Assembly (NCBI GenBank): GCA_003144275.1
Contig: NJBF01000059.1
Coordinates: 1-15,119, forward strand
Origin: Candidatus Heimdallarchaeota archaeon B3_Heim
GTDB lineage: Archaea > Asgardarchaeota > Heimdallarchaeia > Hodarchaeales > Hodarchaeaceae
DNA: 15,119 bases
Direction: 5' to 3'
Shown here: one piece after another, positions 1 to 7,932 of the stretch
How positions within the stretch are numbered: position 1 is the first letter of the stretch
Layout of the letters: each line of letters opens with the position of its first letter
The notes under the pieces: model-generated
What the model was told of the DNA's origin: nothing
What the model saw: the letters and a program-made list of their open reading frames with translations, nothing else
The model's database searches: none
Made by a program: the position numbers and the translations under genes

Positions 1-427
1 TTGGCTGATCTACGAGTTTATCATTTAATACTGGTTGCTTCTGTAGTTCCTCAAATGGGTACAATCGGACTTTCCCCTCTATCTCAAGAACTAAAGTAAG
101 AGCTTTTACATCGTATAGATTGTAAGGAGCTTCATTAGGTTTAAAGGAAGTTCGAAACCAAATAGATGATCTCTCTCGATATCCTGGATAGGTATTCGAG
201 TTGTAAGTTTCATCTGCATATTTTCCTGAGGCTCTGTCTAAAATGACTGTGTCAGGATATAATGTCTTCCACGCTTGCCATGTAGTTTCTGTGATTGCCT
301 GGATTGGGAGTTGTTGACCAATTTTTTCTCCTTTCAGGCTAACACCTAACATCTGTCTCCACAAACTATCAGAAATTCGATCATAAAATACAAGGTTATT
401 TTCATAGAGTTTGCCTGATGTTCCAAG
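1..427 (-). pseudogene. DUF3179-family protein, C-terminal part (downstream of the insertion; continues off the left edge)
   Basis: My translation of 427->1 is open throughout: LGTSGKLYENNLVFYDRISDSLWRQMLG...TETTWQAWKTLYPDT... This resembles the GxSGxLYxxNLxxYDRxTxSLWxQ and TTWxxW motifs of DUF3179. Not in the ORF track because it has no start codon and runs off the window. Confidence 0.88.
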
Positions 428-450
428 GGGTCAATACTGTTGTCGGATAG

Positions 451-494
451 ATTGACAGATATGGACATTTATAGACAACTAGGACAAGATGACA
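451..494 (+). repeat. Five phased GACA-core direct repeats at the element left end (putative TnpA binding motifs)
   Basis: GACA at 454, 464, 474, 483 and 491 (spacing 10, 10, 9, 8): attgacagat/atggacattt/atagacaact/aggacaagat/gacatt. Inverted TGTC copies occur at 441-444 and 866-869. Confidence 0.7.
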
Positions 495-704
495 TTACGG
501 AATGAAGAGAAATAGAAGGCAGGATATCTTAGGAGAAGGGAGTCGAGATTAAAATACATGGTTAACAGCGTGTTCAACCGATCTCATGGGATTATACCTA
601 AAATGACGCGCTAAATAACTTCTTGATATTAGAATAACGGGAAACAAGCAAATTTGTTTTAGATTACAGGGTTAGTAGGTTTATTAGAAGAAAAGCTACT
701 AATC

Positions 705-893
705 AATCAGGAAAGTCATGTGTCTTTCCTGTCGCCGAGAGTTCTGCGGAGACCTTAAACGCCTGTGGAGAGGTGGTAAGACCGGCATTAATGCCGGCTC
801 GCGTCGTTGAATCAGGAAGAACAGCGCCAAATAGTTAAGAATAATTTGGAAAAATTATTCCTCGCTGTCCTATTTGGGTAAGTCTTTCAGAAC
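705..893 (+). ncRNA. TnpB omegaRNA (reRNA)-like scaffold; the guide would be the flanking host DNA from about 894-915
   Basis: Contains aacgcctgtggagag...gtaagacc-[hairpin]-tcgttgaatcaggaa, which resembles the ETLNACGE...SLxQE region overlapping TnpB 3' ends. Hairpins: 708-715/724-731, 782-797 (16-bp palindrome), and 839-847/852-860 (GGAA loop). It abuts the right end. The 5' boundary is uncertain. Confidence 0.68.
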
Positions 894-1295
894 GGTAGCA
901 CCTCCAATACTTGAGGTATCATAAAGAATATCTGTACCAGTTAAGGGACAGAAAGTAATACATACATGCTCATCATTGAATTCATCGTTTACAGTCTCAT
1001 GCCAATTAAGTATATCACGAGGATACGCTCTAGCTTCGCCATCAATGACGATTCCCAGAATATAAAGACTATCTAGATCACCTGTATATTCTGATTCAAA
1101 TTCTGTTATTTCTAAAAATGTTGGGTTGTCGATTGAAGGGATGCTATCTGGGGGAGGGCCACCACCTATGATGTCATCACAAGGAACAAAACAATCGTCT
1201 GCTTTTGCAATAGCTGTAAAAGTGACTGTTAAGAGTAGTAGAGAAGTTATGAGAAGAAATTCTCCATAAAAATTAGAATTTTTGCGATTTTTCAT
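894..1295 (-). pseudogene. DUF3179-family secreted protein, N-terminal part (interrupted; the tracked ORF 870..1295 ends inside the insertion)
   Basis: Signal-peptide-like N-terminus (MKNRK...LLITSLLLLTVTFTAIAKA), followed by GGPPPDSIPSIDNP, ARAYP, LNWHETVND and TFCPLTGT motifs. The last 7 residues (VLKDLPK) and the TAG at 870-872 come from the inserted element. Confidence 0.88.
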
Positions 1296-1518
1296 ATCTA
1301 TTACGTCTTTTCAGGGTTTACTCCAATACATCACTACCTACAAGAATTTATATTCCTCCCTGAAAGATTTTCGTAATTGATTGACTTTCTATGCCCATGT
1401 CACTAGTATGTATTCATTAATCGTAATTTCGAAAGCAGTAGAATCTCCGAAAAACGAAATTAATCTGAATAAAGAACTCGTGATACTATCTTACCAAATG
1501 AGTTTATGATGCTGATGG

Positions 1519-2883
1519 TTAATCAAATTGTGGTAGATACTTCTTATGCACTTCAATGTAATCATCGAGCATTTGCTCCGCAATCGATAAGTCTGGAAGC
1601 ATTAAAGCGAATGCTTGGAGAGCTGGTTCTCTATCTCCCTTGATAGATGCGATTGTGAGTAGCTTTGCAATTGAGATTTCTCTCTGACACAGAGCTGCAA
1701 TAGCTTCGGGCAACCTACCGACTTTCATCCCCGAGACTCCAAAAGAATTTACTAGAGCTGGAACTTCTACAATGGCATCATCAGGAAGATTCGTGATTGC
1801 ACCTTGATTCGGAATATTGACTGCTTGTTCATAAGCATTTGAATTTGTGAGTAATTCCCCAATAATTGCATCTGCTCTTTCAGAAGGATTGGGTTGAATA
1901 TCTAATTCTCTTTTACCTGAAACAATATCCTTTATTCGTACCCACATTTTCTCTCGTTGAATTTTCCCCCGATTGAAGTCATATAATTGAATGCGATATT
2001 TCTCCCAATTTTCCTTTGAAAATGTATAAGGAAGGTACTCTGCGAGATGACAGTCCCCAGGAACTGGCAGTAATCCATAGATATCGTACATGTGTTTTGT
2101 TAGGGGTTCAAAGTTAGGATGAACATATTCTGCCTCTTGTCGTATTAAGGGATACAAATCTTCCTTTGTATCCAATCTACGCACATCAAGCATCCATGTA
2201 AAGTGATTAAGTCCAGCTGCTTTTATGTCATACTCACCAGCTGCTTCGACTGCAAACTCAGACATTATTTCTTGACTTTTATCAGTCCATTTTACCTCAA
2301 AATCAAGATTTTCAGTGATACCTAGATCCTTTGCCAGATAACGTCCCAATATACCGTAACCATGCCAGATTTGATGACACAATCCAATCGACTTTACTCC
2401 TACGTGTTCTGCGGCATAACCGATTCTAGGTACTGGGTTAGTAAAGTTGATTAACCAGCTATTCGGGGCAAGATCATGAATATCATATAAGATAGGCATA
2501 ATGAATGCTAATCCTCTCGCAGTATGGCCGAATGAACCCATTAAGCCATTCTCGGCATAGTGGTAAATATCATATTTTCTTGCTATCTGAAAATCCTTCA
2601 GCCATGTTTCCTCTCGGTCAATAGCCACCGATAAAATAACATAATCAGCGTCAATCAACGCTTGTTTTCGATCAAGAAAGGATTCGATTGTTATGTTGGA
2701 GTTCCATTCTAGCTTCATGAGCTCCCCTAGCGTATTTATTGTCTTCAAATTCTGCTCATGAGTGTCTACTAGTTTTAATGTAGAATTTGTTAAATCCTCA
2801 TGAGCAATGATGCCACTTAAATTGTCTAAACCAAAGCTTGCACTACCTGCGCCAATTATTACAATGTTTGCAGCGGAATCCAA
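1519..2883 (-). CDS. Family 4 glycoside hydrolase (NAD+/Mn2+-dependent; alpha-galactosidase MelA-like)
   Basis: GAGSASFG NAD-binding loop, NFTNP, GLCH (metal Cys) and GLNH motifs; 454 aa. TTG start with GGAGG about 7 nt upstream. Confidence 0.88.
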   Translation of the reverse strand: MDSAANIVIIGAGSASFGLDNLSGIIAHEDLTNSTLKLVDTHEQNLKTINTLGELMKLEWNSNITIESFLDRKQALIDADYVILSVAIDREETWLKDFQIARKYDIYHYAENGLMGSFGHTARGLAFIMPILYDIHDLAPNSWLINFTNPVPRIGYAAEHVGVKSIGLCHQIWHGYGILGRYLAKDLGITENLDFEVKWTDKSQEIMSEFAVEAAGEYDIKAAGLNHFTWMLDVRRLDTKEDLYPLIRQEAEYVHPNFEPLTKHMYDIYGLLPVPGDCHLAEYLPYTFSKENWEKYRIQLYDFNRGKIQREKMWVRIKDIVSGKRELDIQPNPSERADAIIGELLTNSNAYEQAVNIPNQGAITNLPDDAIVEVPALVNSFGVSGMKVGRLPEAIAALCQREISIAKLLTIASIKGDREPALQAFALMLPDLSIAEQMLDDYIEVHKKYLPQFD

Positions 2884-3037
2884 TAGAGAACCTCCAGTTA
2901 AGAATACCTATAGTTAATGATTTTCGAAATAATTTCTTCCAGAGTTTAATCTTTCTTTAGCATAATATATTTTTCTAGATATACAAAGAGGCCGATACCA
3001 AGAATGAAAAAGCGAAGAGAAAAAACCCAGAATATTG

Positions 3038-4738
3038 CTACTTGTCTTTGAGAGCTCTTTTAAGGACTTTTCCAACAGTTGTAAGGGGTAATTCTTCTCT
3101 AAATTCATAAACACGGGGTTTTTCATACTTGGAGAGATTTTCTGCAGCAAATTGTTGAATACTTTCTTTTACTGTTTCCGTGGCTTCAACATCTTTCTTC
3201 AATTTAATGTAGGCTTGCACGATTTCGCTTCCAGGACGATCTGGATCATCCATGCCTATTATGGCCACCATTTCAATATCTGGATGCTTTGTCAGCACAT
3301 CTTCTACGTGTACGGAGTAGACTTTATAGCCAGAAACAATCAACATATCTTTTACTCTATCAACAATTTGTATATAACCTTCCTCATCCATCACACCCAC
3401 ATCCCCTGTATGAAGCCATCCATCAGGTTCAATAGTTTCGGCAGTCGCTTCTGGTTTGTTGTAGTATCCTCTAGTTACGATAGGACCGCGAACTAAAATT
3501 TCACCAGGCTCTCCTGTTTCAACTGCTTCCCCTGTTTCGATATTGATAAGTTTCAATTCAGTATCGGGTAAAGGTAATCCCACCTTACCTACTTTCTTTT
3601 TGCCAAGTATTGGATTTGATACACAGACAGGAGAAGTTTCAGTCATACCATAAAGTTCCATTACTTTATTGGTTGCTTTCATTTTTGTTTCGAATTCTCG
3701 AATCATTTCAGCTGGGAAAGGAGCAGCACCAGATATGTATAGTCTGATATTATCTAAAACTTCGTTAGGTATTTCCTTTGCTTTTGGATGATTCATAATC
3801 ATCCCATAAAGTGTAGGTACATTTGCTACAATCGTTGGTTTATGGTCAATCATCTCCTGAATGACTTGACCTATGTCTCGCGGATTAGCAATTAATACTT
3901 GAGATCCTGCTACCCAGATTGACTCTGACATGACTGTGAGTCCAGCTGCATGAAACATCGGGAAAGCGGACAAAGTTAACGTTGTTCCTGGTTCCAAATT
4001 CATCCAATTAGCAAATATTGTATAATCAGCAATTAAATTTGTATGGGTAAGTTCAGTTCCCTTTGGAAAGCCAGTCGTACCTCCTGTATACTGAAGACAG
4101 GCTAAATCCTGATCTACATCTATCGTTACGGGTTTTACATTCGGATTTACTGACACCACATTTGAAAATTTGATTACTTTTTTCCCCGGCCAATCAAAAA
4201 TTTTCCCGTTTGGGATTTTACCTAGTTTTTTCCCCAGAAAGACCTTGATTTTACTCAGTCCCATATATTCAGAAATATTAGTAGCAATTACTATTTCTAG
4301 GGCAGGAATCTCATCTAGCTTTTTTGATAATACTTTTTCGTAAACAGCATCCAATGTCACTACAACTTTTGCCTTACTGTCATTTAGCTGATACGCGATT
4401 TCTTTGGCACTTAATAGTGGATTGAGACCTGAAGCTACACATCCAGCAAGTAGAGTTCCGACATGAGCAATTATATACTGTGGACAATTGGCTAAACTAA
4501 TAGCTACTACATCCCCTTTTTCTACAGCGTTTTCTTGTAAAAATGTGGCAAATCGTTTCACGTTTTCTAATAATTCTCCATACGTGATTTCCCTTTCCAT
4601 CATCCAACAGGCAATATTCTGTGGAAATTTTGCCATTTCACGCGTAAAAAGTACACCAAGGCTTTCTTTCGGATAACTTTCAGTTTTTACGTGACTATCC
4701 CACGATTTCATCCATAATTCAGGGGTAATTTTTGTCAT
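3038..4738 (-). CDS. Long-chain fatty-acid--CoA ligase (FadD-like, ANL superfamily)
   Basis: YTGGTTGFPKG, YGMTE, LHTGD, IVDRVKD and terminal GKVLKR motifs. ATG at 4738 preferred over the track's TTG at 4747 because of GAGGA spacing. Confidence 0.9.
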   Translation of the reverse strand: MTKITPELWMKSWDSHVKTESYPKESLGVLFTREMAKFPQNIACWMMEREITYGELLENVKRFATFLQENAVEKGDVVAISLANCPQYIIAHVGTLLAGCVASGLNPLLSAKEIAYQLNDSKAKVVVTLDAVYEKVLSKKLDEIPALEIVIATNISEYMGLSKIKVFLGKKLGKIPNGKIFDWPGKKVIKFSNVVSVNPNVKPVTIDVDQDLACLQYTGGTTGFPKGTELTHTNLIADYTIFANWMNLEPGTTLTLSAFPMFHAAGLTVMSESIWVAGSQVLIANPRDIGQVIQEMIDHKPTIVANVPTLYGMIMNHPKAKEIPNEVLDNIRLYISGAAPFPAEMIREFETKMKATNKVMELYGMTETSPVCVSNPILGKKKVGKVGLPLPDTELKLINIETGEAVETGEPGEILVRGPIVTRGYYNKPEATAETIEPDGWLHTGDVGVMDEEGYIQIVDRVKDMLIVSGYKVYSVHVEDVLTKHPDIEMVAIIGMDDPDRPGSEIVQAYIKLKKDVEATETVKESIQQFAAENLSKYEKPRVYEFREELPLTTVGKVLKRALKDK

Positions 4739-4759
4739 ATTCAGCAATCCTCTTATTAT

Positions 4760-4816
4760 TTGTAGAGCTACAAGGATCCAAGTATAATGTAATTAGATTA
4801 TAAGAATTTGCTACAA
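4760..4816 (-). promoter_or_regulatory. Putative promoter of the acyl-CoA ligase with a palindromic operator
   Basis: TATA-like CTTATAAT on minus (4797-4804). TTGTAG-N2-CTACAA palindrome at 4760-4773 and a further half-site at 4811-4816. Confidence 0.45.
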
Positions 4817-4846
4817 TAACAGTTGATGGAATATCGGGATTTTTTC

Positions 4847-5542
4847 CTACCAAGCAAGCTCATTACCTTGCCAGTCATAGAATCTTCCAGTTTCTTCTAA
4901 CGTTAATGAGTCGATAATTTGAATCATCCCTGAAATCGAATCTTTTTGTTCAATAGGAGCACTCTGTGTTCCCATCCTCGTCTTAACCCAACCAGGATGT
5001 ATAGGTATTACAATAATTCCTTTGTCACGAAGGGAATTCGATAGTAATTTCGTAAACATATTCAAAGCTGCTTTACTTGCACAATAACTGAAGTTTGTGG
5101 TGTTCTCTCGCGCTGAAATGCTACCCATCCAGCTTGAAATATTGATAATCTTACTATTCTCTTTGAATAGCTGGGAAAATTGTTCTGCAACCAAAACCGC
5201 TGAGATAGCGTTCACATTGAAAACTTCAAGCATATGATCAGCATGTAGATCACCAAATTTCAGTTCTCGTTTTCCAGTCATTCCTGCATTATTGATGAGT
5301 ATATCCAATCCTGAAATCTTCGATTTTACCTCGGTAAACGCTTTGGTTCTCGAATCACTTGATGTTATGTTCATTGGAACTAGAGTAAGAAAATCTGGAT
5401 ATTTTCTCTGCAGTTCTTCTAAGTCTGATATGTCATTATTTTCTCTAAAAGTAGCAACAACCTTTTCTCCCCTATCCAAATATTGTCTGACAAATTCCAA
5501 TCCTAGCCCGCGATTAGCTCCTGTTATTAAGATTTGTACCAT
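4847..5542 (-). CDS. Short-chain dehydrogenase/reductase, CsgA/C-factor-like
   Basis: TGANRGLG, INNAG, YCASK (YxxxK) and HPGWVKTRMG motifs; 231 aa. Confidence 0.9.
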   Translation of the reverse strand: MVQILITGANRGLGLEFVRQYLDRGEKVVATFRENNDISDLEELQRKYPDFLTLVPMNITSSDSRTKAFTEVKSKISGLDILINNAGMTGKRELKFGDLHADHMLEVFNVNAISAVLVAEQFSQLFKENSKIINISSWMGSISARENTTNFSYCASKAALNMFTKLLSNSLRDKGIIVIPIHPGWVKTRMGTQSAPIEQKDSISGMIQIIDSLTLEETGRFYDWQGNELAW

Positions 5543-5664
5543 TTTATTTCATTTCCGAGAATTCTATTTAGGTATTTTTAAGAATCTTATTTTAATTTAT
5601 CAACCTCAGTTTCGTAAATAATTTCATACACTCTAATTATTTTCTTCAAAGGAATTTGAGTTCG

Positions 5665-7932
5665 ATGTCTTTAACTGATAATTTGAAAATTCTTTTAGAA
5701 CGGAAGGATATTCCGAAAGATGTGAAAGAATTAATCAGAAATGGTTTCATCGTACATCAAGAGTCCCTTGCAAAGCTGGAGAAATCGGAAAAGCTTTATC
5801 GTAGTTTAGTTGAAAACTCTCGTGATATCATCTTTACAGCCGATATGGAGGGAATTATTACTTCCATCAATCCTGCAGCAGAAAAATTAACGGGTTGGTC
5901 AGCCGATGAATGGATAGGTAAACCTTTTCGTCCTAAGATACACCCAGAAGATTTAGATGCGGTATTAAGGGGATTTAGTACAATTACAGAGGGAGAAACC
6001 TTTCCCACTCCAGAAATACGCGTTTTAACTAAGTCAGGCATCTATAAACCATTTGAGATCAAAGGATCACCCAAGATGAAGAATGGGCGCATTGTAGGAT
6101 TGTTAGGATTTGCCCATAGTAAGCATGAATTGCGAGTTAGCGAGAATAGATATCAAACTCTAATCGAAACCGCTTTAGAAGGCGTTTGGATCACAGATTT
6201 GGATGACAAAACACTTTATGTGAATCCGGCGTTAGAAAAAATGTTAGGATGGTCGCTCAATGAAATGCTTGGAAGAGGTGTTGAGGAATTCCTCTCAATT
6301 GACTCTTTGCGGACATTTGAAGAAAAAGTAAAAGAAAGATTTGTTTCCAAGGTCCCCTCTTCTGTGTATGAACTCTCCTTGATTCGAAGAGATGGATCCT
6401 TCATCAAGGTAAGAGTCGCAGGAACAGTTTTACTTGACGATGAGGAAGAATTGGTTGGTTCTTTCGGGTTATTTACCGATATTACAACTGAAAAAGAAGC
6501 TCAAGATAGATATCGAAATTTAATAGAATTTAATCCTGATGCTATAATATTAACAGATCTAGATTTCAATATTATTACGGTTAATCAACAAGCTCTCAAC
6601 CTTTACGGAGTAGCTGGTCTTGAAGAATTAATTGAGAAGAATGCTCTCGAATTGGTAGTTCCTGAAGACCGCCAATATGCCATAGCAATTGTTGAGAAAA
6701 CTCTGGCTGAAGGAAAGATCTTTCGTTTTGAGTACACACTGCTTCGATTGGATGGGAGCACATTTCCTGCAGAGTTGATTGTCACTGCCATTGAAGATTT
6801 AAAAGGAGACCCGACCTCTTTTATAGCAATCACACGCGATATTACAGATAGAAAACAGTCCGAAGCTCGTTTAATAGAAAGTGAAGAGAAATATCGAACT
6901 CTTGTAGAAAATATTAACACAGGGATTTTTCGAGTAAGTCGGCAAGGACGTCTTTTACAGGCAAATTTCGCTTTTATTTCGATGTTTGGGTACACTTCTT
7001 TTGAAGAACTTGCCTCAACTGCTCTATCTGGTCTATATGTCGATTCAGAAGATCGAAAAACGTTTGTAGAAGAATTGTACTGTGAAGGACAATTAAATAT
7101 CAAAGATGTTTTGATGAAGAACAGGGATGGTATTCAATTTTGGGCTTCTATCTCTGCCCGAGTCTCACCAAATGGTCAATACCATGATGGTATAATAGAA
7201 GATATTTCCGAGAGAAAAGACGCGGAAGAGACAATTAAGCAAATTAAACTCGAGGAAGAACGATACCATGCGATGATGAGCCATTTTTTACGAAATGATT
7301 TGCAGAAAATTGTCAGCCAAATAGAGCTCTTATCGTATGAAAATGGAATAGAGAAAATTCTGGAAAAGGAAGAAGTTAAAGAAATTGTTAATATTGCTAA
7401 TCGTTCATCCAAGACAATTGATCTAGTTACCATGATTTTCGAAGTGCTTCAAAGGTCTCCCTTCTCTTCTGAATCCACATTTGCAGAAGAATATGCAATT
7501 AAGAATTTAGTAGAAACATTACCAATTAATCTGAAGAATACTAACAGATCTATTGATTTACAATTTCCTGAGCTAAGAATCGCTCATAGTGGATACCTAC
7601 CTCATGCTATCAACGAATTGGTATTGTTTTTAATCCATTCAACTGAAAAGGCAGCTCCTACTTCACCAATAATAATAGATGGTCATTCTTATGACCAGCA
7701 TTTCTGTTTAACGATAAGAGATTATATCTCTACTTCTATTCCCAAAGAAATTTGTGACCGTTTGACATCTAAGATAACAGATGACTGGGAATCCCACGGA
7801 TTCTATATTGGTATTACTCTAGCGTCTGTTGTCATGCAATACCTCAATGGGCAGTTAAAAATTGTACCCTACTTCCCCTATGGTAATGAATTTCAGATGT
7901 GGATTCCTAATACAATGATTAACAGAGAATGA
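5665..7932 (+). CDS. Cytoplasmic sensor with four PAS domains and a degenerate HisKA/HATPase-like C-terminus
   Basis: Four Y-R/Q-x-L-V/I-E...N...G units, three ending in D-I-T/S-x-x-K. H-box-like SHFLRN. No transmembrane segment seen. The track's TTG start at 5656 is an alternative. Confidence 0.85.
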   Translation: MSLTDNLKILLERKDIPKDVKELIRNGFIVHQESLAKLEKSEKLYRSLVENSRDIIFTADMEGIITSINPAAEKLTGWSADEWIGKPFRPKIHPEDLDAVLRGFSTITEGETFPTPEIRVLTKSGIYKPFEIKGSPKMKNGRIVGLLGFAHSKHELRVSENRYQTLIETALEGVWITDLDDKTLYVNPALEKMLGWSLNEMLGRGVEEFLSIDSLRTFEEKVKERFVSKVPSSVYELSLIRRDGSFIKVRVAGTVLLDDEEELVGSFGLFTDITTEKEAQDRYRNLIEFNPDAIILTDLDFNIITVNQQALNLYGVAGLEELIEKNALELVVPEDRQYAIAIVEKTLAEGKIFRFEYTLLRLDGSTFPAELIVTAIEDLKGDPTSFIAITRDITDRKQSEARLIESEEKYRTLVENINTGIFRVSRQGRLLQANFAFISMFGYTSFEELASTALSGLYVDSEDRKTFVEELYCEGQLNIKDVLMKNRDGIQFWASISARVSPNGQYHDGIIEDISERKDAEETIKQIKLEEERYHAMMSHFLRNDLQKIVSQIELLSYENGIEKILEKEEVKEIVNIANRSSKTIDLVTMIFEVLQRSPFSSESTFAEEYAIKNLVETLPINLKNTNRSIDLQFPELRIAHSGYLPHAINELVLFLIHSTEKAAPTSPIIIDGHSYDQHFCLTIRDYISTSIPKEICDRLTSKITDDWESHGFYIGITLASVVMQYLNGQLKIVPYFPYGNEFQMWIPNTMINRE

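Larger units (their letters stand above)
428..893 (+). mobile_element. Non-autonomous IS607-family-like mini-element (466 bp including one GG core copy), no transposase or nuclease ORF
   Basis: Joining 427 to 894 gives ttccaag-GG-tagc and restores the DUF3179 frame (GCT ACC CTT GGA = A-T-L-G on minus). GG sits at both junctions (428-429, 894-895). The left end has phased GACA repeats; the right part has a TnpB C-terminal remnant (VAESSAETLNACGEVVRP, 731-784) and several hairpins. GG-core insertion and multi-repeat left ends are established IS607 traits. Confidence 0.82.

Noticed and set aside
451-494. CRISPR array or tandem repeat locus
   Set aside because: Only 4-6 bp cores at about 10-bp spacing, with no spacers and no cas genes.
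635-838. Functional TnpB or small protein in the element
   Set aside because: The open stretch of about 66 codons has no plausible start upstream of the motif and lacks RuvC and Zn-finger residues. It is only a remnant overlapping the RNA.
428-893. Insertion as a self-splicing group I intron, group II intron or IStron that repairs the host gene
   Set aside because: On the gene's sense strand the only U|...G| junction (GCU|ACCG...AUUG|ACCCCUUGG) would leave one extra C and shift the frame. There is no GUGYG start or domain V, and no convincing P7 (R/S) core. The TnpB-like module is antisense to the host gene.
428-893. IS200/IS605 (Y1) derivative or classical TIR-MITE
   Set aside because: No terminal inverted repeats, no multi-bp target duplication, and no AT-rich tetra/pentanucleotide target at the left junction. 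The GG core and direct-repeat left end fit IS607 better, though this is not proven.
870-1295. Complete stand-alone 141-aa gene, or a selenoprotein form of DUF3179
   Set aside because: It is the 5' half of an interrupted gene, and the CPLT cysteine is TGT with no in-frame TGA.
2914-4676. ORFs 2914..3150, 3152..3496 and 4488..4676
   Set aside because: Alternative-frame or antisense shadows of the acyl-CoA ligase with no recognisable motifs.
5292-7433. ORFs 5292..5621, 5796..6041, 6216..6407, 6603..7103 and 7176..7433
   Set aside because: Antisense shadows of the SDR and PAS genes, with Ser-rich composition typical of non-coding strands.
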